Shown here: in pieces, positions 59,773-64,000 of the stretch
Position numbering within the stretch: the stretch's first letter is position 1
Layout of the letters: each line of letters opens with the position of its first letter
Assembly (NCBI GenBank): GCA_963843145.1
Contig: CAWJJC010000027.1
Coordinates: forward strand, 1-64,000
Direction: 5' to 3'
Source: an uncultured delta proteobacterium
GTDB taxonomy: Bacteria; Desulfobacterota; RBG-13-43-22
DNA: 64,000 bases
Notes under the pieces: generated by a model
What the model was told of the DNA's origin: nothing
The model's input: only the letters and a program-made list of their open reading frames with translations
Database searches by the model: none
Position numbers and translations under genes: made by a program

Positions 59773-60759
59773 TCACCTGGCTTTAGTGATCTCTTCCGCC
59801 ACCCCGGTTTGCTCGGCCAGGACACTGGCCGCCCTGCCCCAGTCCACCTGAGCGGTCAGTCCTTTTTTTTGGGCCAGCTCCTGGGCATAGTCCCAATAGG
59901 AAAGTGGCAGTTGGTAGACGTTGGGATGGACTTCCAAAAATACTTTTTTATCGGGAGTCTGCGCCAATTTAATCGGCTCGTAAATAATCGAAATGGGAAT
60001 TCCCGACTTAACATGGGGAAACATCTCGGCAATATCCTCGGGGAGCATCCGGATGCAGCCGTGGGACGTGGAGTGGCCGATGCTTTCCGGCCAAATGGTG
60101 GAATGGATCCCATACCCGGCCGCGGAAAGGGGCAACCAGTACTCTCCTAGAGGATTATCCGGCCCGGGGGGAACCTTTTCCACCACCAGCTTGCCTTCTT
60201 TTTGCATCTCTTCCTGGATGGATTGGGGAACGGTCCAGGTGGGATTCTTGAATTTGCCGATAATGGTAAAATGGCCGCGGGGAGTCGGCCAATCCGGGCG
60301 ACCGATGGCCACCGGGTAGCGTTTAATCAGGTTTCCATTGGCGAACAGGTAGATCATATGGCCCGGAAGATTCAACAACAGTCCTTCGGCAACGGCGGAT
60401 TGAGGGAAAATATGACGGTTGTTTACCCGCAGGGTCTTGCCAATGGAGAGAGCAAAGGGGGGTTGAAGTTCGTTGGTTCGGGCCAGGTATTCCCAGCGCT
60501 GCCCTAAACGACCGGCGATGGCATACAGGGAGTCGCGGTTCCGGGTTCGGTAGGACCACTCTCCCCCCTGGATCTGTGACCAGGAAATAGCCGTATTCCC
60601 GTAGGCGCGGGGCAGGCCCAGGGCACCCAGAGCGAAAAGGAAGAAAACCAACCCAAAATAGTGGATTCTTTGGTTGGAAATCTGAAACGATCCTGTTTTG
60701 ATCATCTTAAATAGATTAATAAAACCCTTTTCTTTTTCTGTCAAGCCACGAATATCCAT
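59773..60759 (-). CDS. LysM L,D-transpeptidase (ErfK/YbiS family)
   Basis: YPVAIGR, PPGPDNPLG, YGIHST...SHGCIRM. Confidence 0.92.
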   Translation of the reverse strand: MDIRGLTEKEKGFINLFKMIKTGSFQISNQRIHYFGLVFFLFALGALGLPRAYGNTAISWSQIQGGEWSYRTRNRDSLYAIAGRLGQRWEYLARTNELQPPFALSIGKTLRVNNRHIFPQSAVAEGLLLNLPGHMIYLFANGNLIKRYPVAIGRPDWPTPRGHFTIIGKFKNPTWTVPQSIQEEMQKEGKLVVEKVPPGPDNPLGEYWLPLSAAGYGIHSTIWPESIGHSTSHGCIRMLPEDIAEMFPHVKSGIPISIIYEPIKLAQTPDKKVFLEVHPNVYQLPLSYWDYAQELAQKKGLTAQVDWGRAASVLAEQTGVAEEITKAR

Positions 60760-60854
60760 TTGACCGCCGGATCAATCTCCATTACTATTATTATCGAAAA
60801 AAGGCCCCCCCCACTTAAACCGGAAATGATCACCCCAAGAGCAGGAGTCATCAG

Positions 60855-61781
60855 ATGAGGATTTTTGAAGACATTACCCGGACGATCGGAAACACCCCTC
60901 TGGTTAAACTGCGGCGCGTAACCAGGGGTTGCCTGGCCGAGGTGGTCGGGAAACTGGAGTCCTTTAACCCCTTAAGCTGCGTCAAGGAACGGATCGCCCT
61001 CTCTATGATTGAGGCCGGGGAAAAAGAAAATAGGATCGGTCCCCGGACGGTGATCATTGAGCCCACTTCCGGCAACACCGGAATCGGACTGGCCTGCGTC
61101 TGCGCCTCCCGAGGATATCGGTTGATCCTGGCCATGCCCGAGACCATGAGCATCGAAAGGCGCAAGCTGTTTAAGCTGATGGGTGCGGAAATGGTCTTAA
61201 CCCCGGGGGCCGAGGGGATGCGAGGCGCCATTCAGCGGGCCCAGGAATTGGCCCAAGAATATCCGGATTCTTTTATCCCGCAGCAGTTTCAAAACCCCCA
61301 TAATCCTGAAGCCCATCGCCTGACCACCGCCCGGGAAATTTGGGACGATACGGAGGGACAGGTGGACATCCTGGTCGCCGGGGTGGGAACCGGGGGCACC
61401 ATTACCGGGGTGGCTGAGGTCCTCAAGGCCCGCAAGCCTTCTTTTCGGGCCATTGCCGTGGAACCTCGGGATTCACCGGTTTTATCGGGGGGAAAGCCCG
61501 GCCCCCATAAGATCCAGGGCATCGGGGCCGGTTTCATCCCGGAGGTCTTAAACCTTAACCTGGTCGATGAAATCATCCCGGTCGGCAATGACGAGGCCCT
61601 GGAAACCACTCGCCGCCTGGCCCGGGAGGAAGGGATCGTCTGCGGGATATCCTCGGGAGCGGCTCTCTGGGCGGCCCTGGAAGTGGCCCGGAGGCCGGAA
61701 AACCGGGGCCGGTTGATCGTGGTGATTTTTCCGGATACGGGTGAACGCTACCTGAGCACCGCCTTAGCCGAAATGGATTGA
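60855..61781 (+). CDS. cysK: Cysteine synthase A
   Basis: [44 protein letters not shown]. Confidence 0.95.
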   Translation: MRIFEDITRTIGNTPLVKLRRVTRGCLAEVVGKLESFNPLSCVKERIALSMIEAGEKENRIGPRTVIIEPTSGNTGIGLACVCASRGYRLILAMPETMSIERRKLFKLMGAEMVLTPGAEGMRGAIQRAQELAQEYPDSFIPQQFQNPHNPEAHRLTTAREIWDDTEGQVDILVAGVGTGGTITGVAEVLKARKPSFRAIAVEPRDSPVLSGGKPGPHKIQGIGAGFIPEVLNLNLVDEIIPVGNDEALETTRRLAREEGIVCGISSGAALWAALEVARRPENRGRLIVVIFPDTGERYLSTALAEMD

Positions 61782-61815
61782 CCACACACTTATAGAACAC
61801 AGGTACAACATAATA

Positions 61816-62006
61816 CGTCATTCCCGCAGCGCTTCTGAGCGGGAATCCAGGCTTTTTTCAGGGAATCTTGGATCCCCGATGCAGACATTCGGGGATGACA
61901 AAAATGCTTGCCTTGGTCATTCTGAGGAACGAAGAGACGAAGAATCTCAGCCCTGGTGCCTTGAAAGGGAGAGATTCTTCACTCCCGTTAGTCGTTCAGA
62001 ATGACA
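61816..62006. repeat. Two REP-like palindromic elements
   Basis: cgtcattcccgc...cggggatgac and gtcattctga...tcagaatgac. Confidence 0.7.
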
Positions 62007-62055
62007 GAAAGAAGGACAGCCGGAAAGGCTGAATTCATTCCAAAAAAGGAAAACC

Positions 62056-64000
62056 GTGGAGAAATTCTTCTACCCCAAAAGCGTGGCTGTGATCGGGGTT
62101 TCCAACACACCGGACAACCTGGGCAAAAACATCGTCAACAATCTGATGGAATTCCAATTCTCCGGGGAAATCCATTCGGTAGGAACCAAAGGCGGGGTCC
62201 TGTTCGGCCAAAGAATCTATGCCGAAATCAACCAGATTCCAGGGGAGATCGACCTGGCCGTTATTCTCACCCCGGCCCCAACCGTCCCTAACCTCCTCGA
62301 TCAATGCGGCCGGAAGGGCATTCGCCATGCGATCATTGAATCCGGTGGGTTCCGAGAGTTTTCCCAGGAACGGACCCGACTGGAAGGAGAAATCCTGGAA
62401 GTAGCCCGGAAGCATCACCTTCGGTTTATCGGTCCCAACGGGATTGGCAACATCAACATGGAAAACGGCCTTTGCCTGCCCTTTATGCATTTAAACCGGG
62501 AAATGCGATTGGGCCACATTTCCATCTTGGCCCAAAGCGGTGGAGTAGGCTTGAGTTATCTCGGGTTCTTGGCCAGTGAGAATATCGGGGTCAACAAGTT
62601 TGTCAGTATGGGCAACAAACTCAACGTCGATGAAAACGACCTGCTGGAATACCTGATCCAGGATTCGGGAACCGAGGTGATTTGCCTATACCTGGAGGGG
62701 TTGAGCGATGGACGCCGGCTGATGGAATTGATCAGCGCTTCCCCCAAACCGGTGCTCATTCACAAATCCAATACCGGACCCAGCAGCGCCCGGATCGCCT
62801 TTTCCCATACAGCCGCCATGCTCTCGGATAATAAAGTGGTGGACGCCGCCTTCCAACAAGCCGGGGCTATTCGGGTGCAGGATTTTGAGGAGGTCATTAA
62901 TACCCTAAAAATCTTGACCTTGCCCCGATTGCGGGGCAATCGTTTGGCCGTTATTTCCCGCTCCGGGGGCCACGCCGTGGTGGCGGCCGACGCCTGTTCC
63001 AAATATGGATTCCACCTGCCGGCCTTCCCCCGAATTTTTTTGGAGGAATTCGAGAAACATTTTCGGGCCAGCGTGATCACCTTGTCCAATCCCTTGGATT
63101 TGGGCGACCTCTTCGATCTGCCCGTGTATGTGCAGATCATGGAGGAGACCCTGAAGCGAGAGGATATCGACGGCGCCCTGCTGATCCATGGGTATCGGGC
63201 CGAACAGGAAAAAGAGGATTCCCGGAAGATGATCCAGAAGGCGGAAGAGTTGAGTCTTCGATTTCAAAAACCGGTGGCGGTCTGCATTTTTGCGGAAGAC
63301 CTGGAAATTTCCTACCTGAAAAAACACTATACCATGCCGATCTTTTTGTCTCCCGAAAAGGCGACCCAGGCCCTGCACCTCTCCTTGCGCTTCACCCGAC
63401 AAAAAGTACAGGGGTTAAAAGCCGAACCGGGAGAGCGGACAGTCGACCGGGAAGCCGTAGCCGTCTTATTGAAACGGGCGCAGGAGGCCGGGCGGCCCCT
63501 TTATCTTTACGAGGGACTGGAGGTTTTGGAGCACTACGGTTTTCCGGTCATTCCCCGGGCCTGTGCCCGCTCGCTGGAACAGACCTTGGATCAAGGAGAG
63601 CGACTGGGCTACCCCCTGGCCCTTAAGCTGGCCATCCCCTATGTGGCCCATAAGTATGATGTGGGCGGGGTTCATTTAAATCTGAAGGGCCCGGAGGACC
63701 TCAAACAGGCCTACTATCAACTCCAAGACCTGGCCTTGAAAGAGCCGGCCGTCCACGAGGGTTTCACCGTGGTCCTGCAAAAAATGTCCCCTCGGGGGCG
63801 GGAGATCATCCTCGGCGGCAAACAGGACAGCAGCTTCGGACCGGTCATCGCCTTCGGTATCGGCGGGCTTTATGTGGAAGTGATCGGCGACGTGGTGCTG
63901 CGGGTGGCCCCGATCAATCGCACCGAGGCGCGATCCATGCTCGCGGAAATCAAGGGTATAAAATTGCTCCAGGGCGTGCGCGGTCAAAAGAATTCCGACC
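62056..64000 (+). CDS. ADP-forming acetate/acyl-CoA ligase family protein (runs off window)
   Basis: Not in ORF track. GTG start, FFYPKSVAVIGVS, IGPNGIG, SMGNK, YLEG, SHTAA, NPLDL, FGPVIAFGIGG. Confidence 0.9.
   Translation, partial: MEKFFYPKSVAVIGVSNTPDNLGKNIVNNLMEFQFSGEIHSVGTKGGVLFGQRIYAEINQIPGEIDLAVILTPAPTVPNLLDQCGRKGIRHAIIESGGFREFSQERTRLEGEILEVARKHHLRFIGPNGIGNINMENGLCLPFMHLNREMRLGHISILAQSGGVGLSYLGFLASENIGVNKFVSMGNKLNVDENDLLEYLIQDSGTEVICLYLEGLSDGRRLMELISASPKPVLIHKSNTGPSSARIAFSHTAAMLSDNKVVDAAFQQAGAIRVQDFEEVINTLKILTLPRLRGNRLAVISRSGGHAVVAADACSKYGFHLPAFPRIFLEEFEKHFRASVITLSNPLDLGDLFDLPVYVQIMEETLKREDIDGALLIHGYRAEQEKEDSRKMIQKAEELSLRFQKPVAVCIFAEDLEISYLKKHYTMPIFLSPEKATQALHLSLRFTRQKVQGLKAEPGERTVDREAVAVLLKRAQEAGRPLYLYEGLEVLEHYGFPVIPRACARSLEQTLDQGERLGYPLALKLAIPYVAHKYDVGGVHLNLKGPEDLKQAYYQLQDLALKEPAVHEGFTVVLQKMSPRGREIILGGKQDSSFGPVIAFGIGGLYVEVIGDVVLRVAPINRTEARSMLAEIKGIKLLQGVRGQKNSD

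Overview
Bacterial chromosomal window. Gene content (Kor, Mla, Mo enzymes, sigma-54 promoters, multiheme cytochromes) suggests an anaerobic Desulfobacterota-like organism; this is an inference. (1) 0.8-20.5 kb is an accessory tract just 3' of tRNA-Arg(TCT). It holds about 11 toxin-antitoxin (TA) modules or remnants, one intact RAYT-type (Y1 HUH) transposase plus fragments, and IS110, IS1380, IS3 and a DDE/ExeA-type element. No integrase or attC site was found. About 18 related GGGGAC/GGGGTC end motifs punctuate the tract, all in the same orientation. The IS110 sits inside one such motif and its non-coding region carries matching bridge-RNA-like guides. Several toxins are internally deleted while their antitoxin coding sequences are retained. 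(2) 22.3-29.5 kb is one operon encoding a Cyc2-like cytochrome-porin, a cupredoxin, Rieske protein, cytochrome b, and octaheme and monoheme cytochromes c, behind an attenuator-like leader. (3) 30-39.2 kb encodes an HcrABC-like Mo-hydroxylase with a non-canonical active site, a MoaD-like protein, a saccharopine/lysine dehydrogenase-like enzyme and a Kat-like aminotransferase; a MITE carrying a group II intron splits it. (4) 39.5-44 kb encodes a metallopterin-dependent ergothioneine synthase and EgtD. (5) 44.6-64 kb is mostly housekeeping: Mla (MlaF fused to a degenerate GGDEF), a sugar ABC transporter, korDABC, a porin, an L,D-transpeptidase, cysK and an ADP-forming acyl-CoA ligase. Several frameshifts may be sequencing indels. 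All calls come from reading motifs by eye; no database searches were run.
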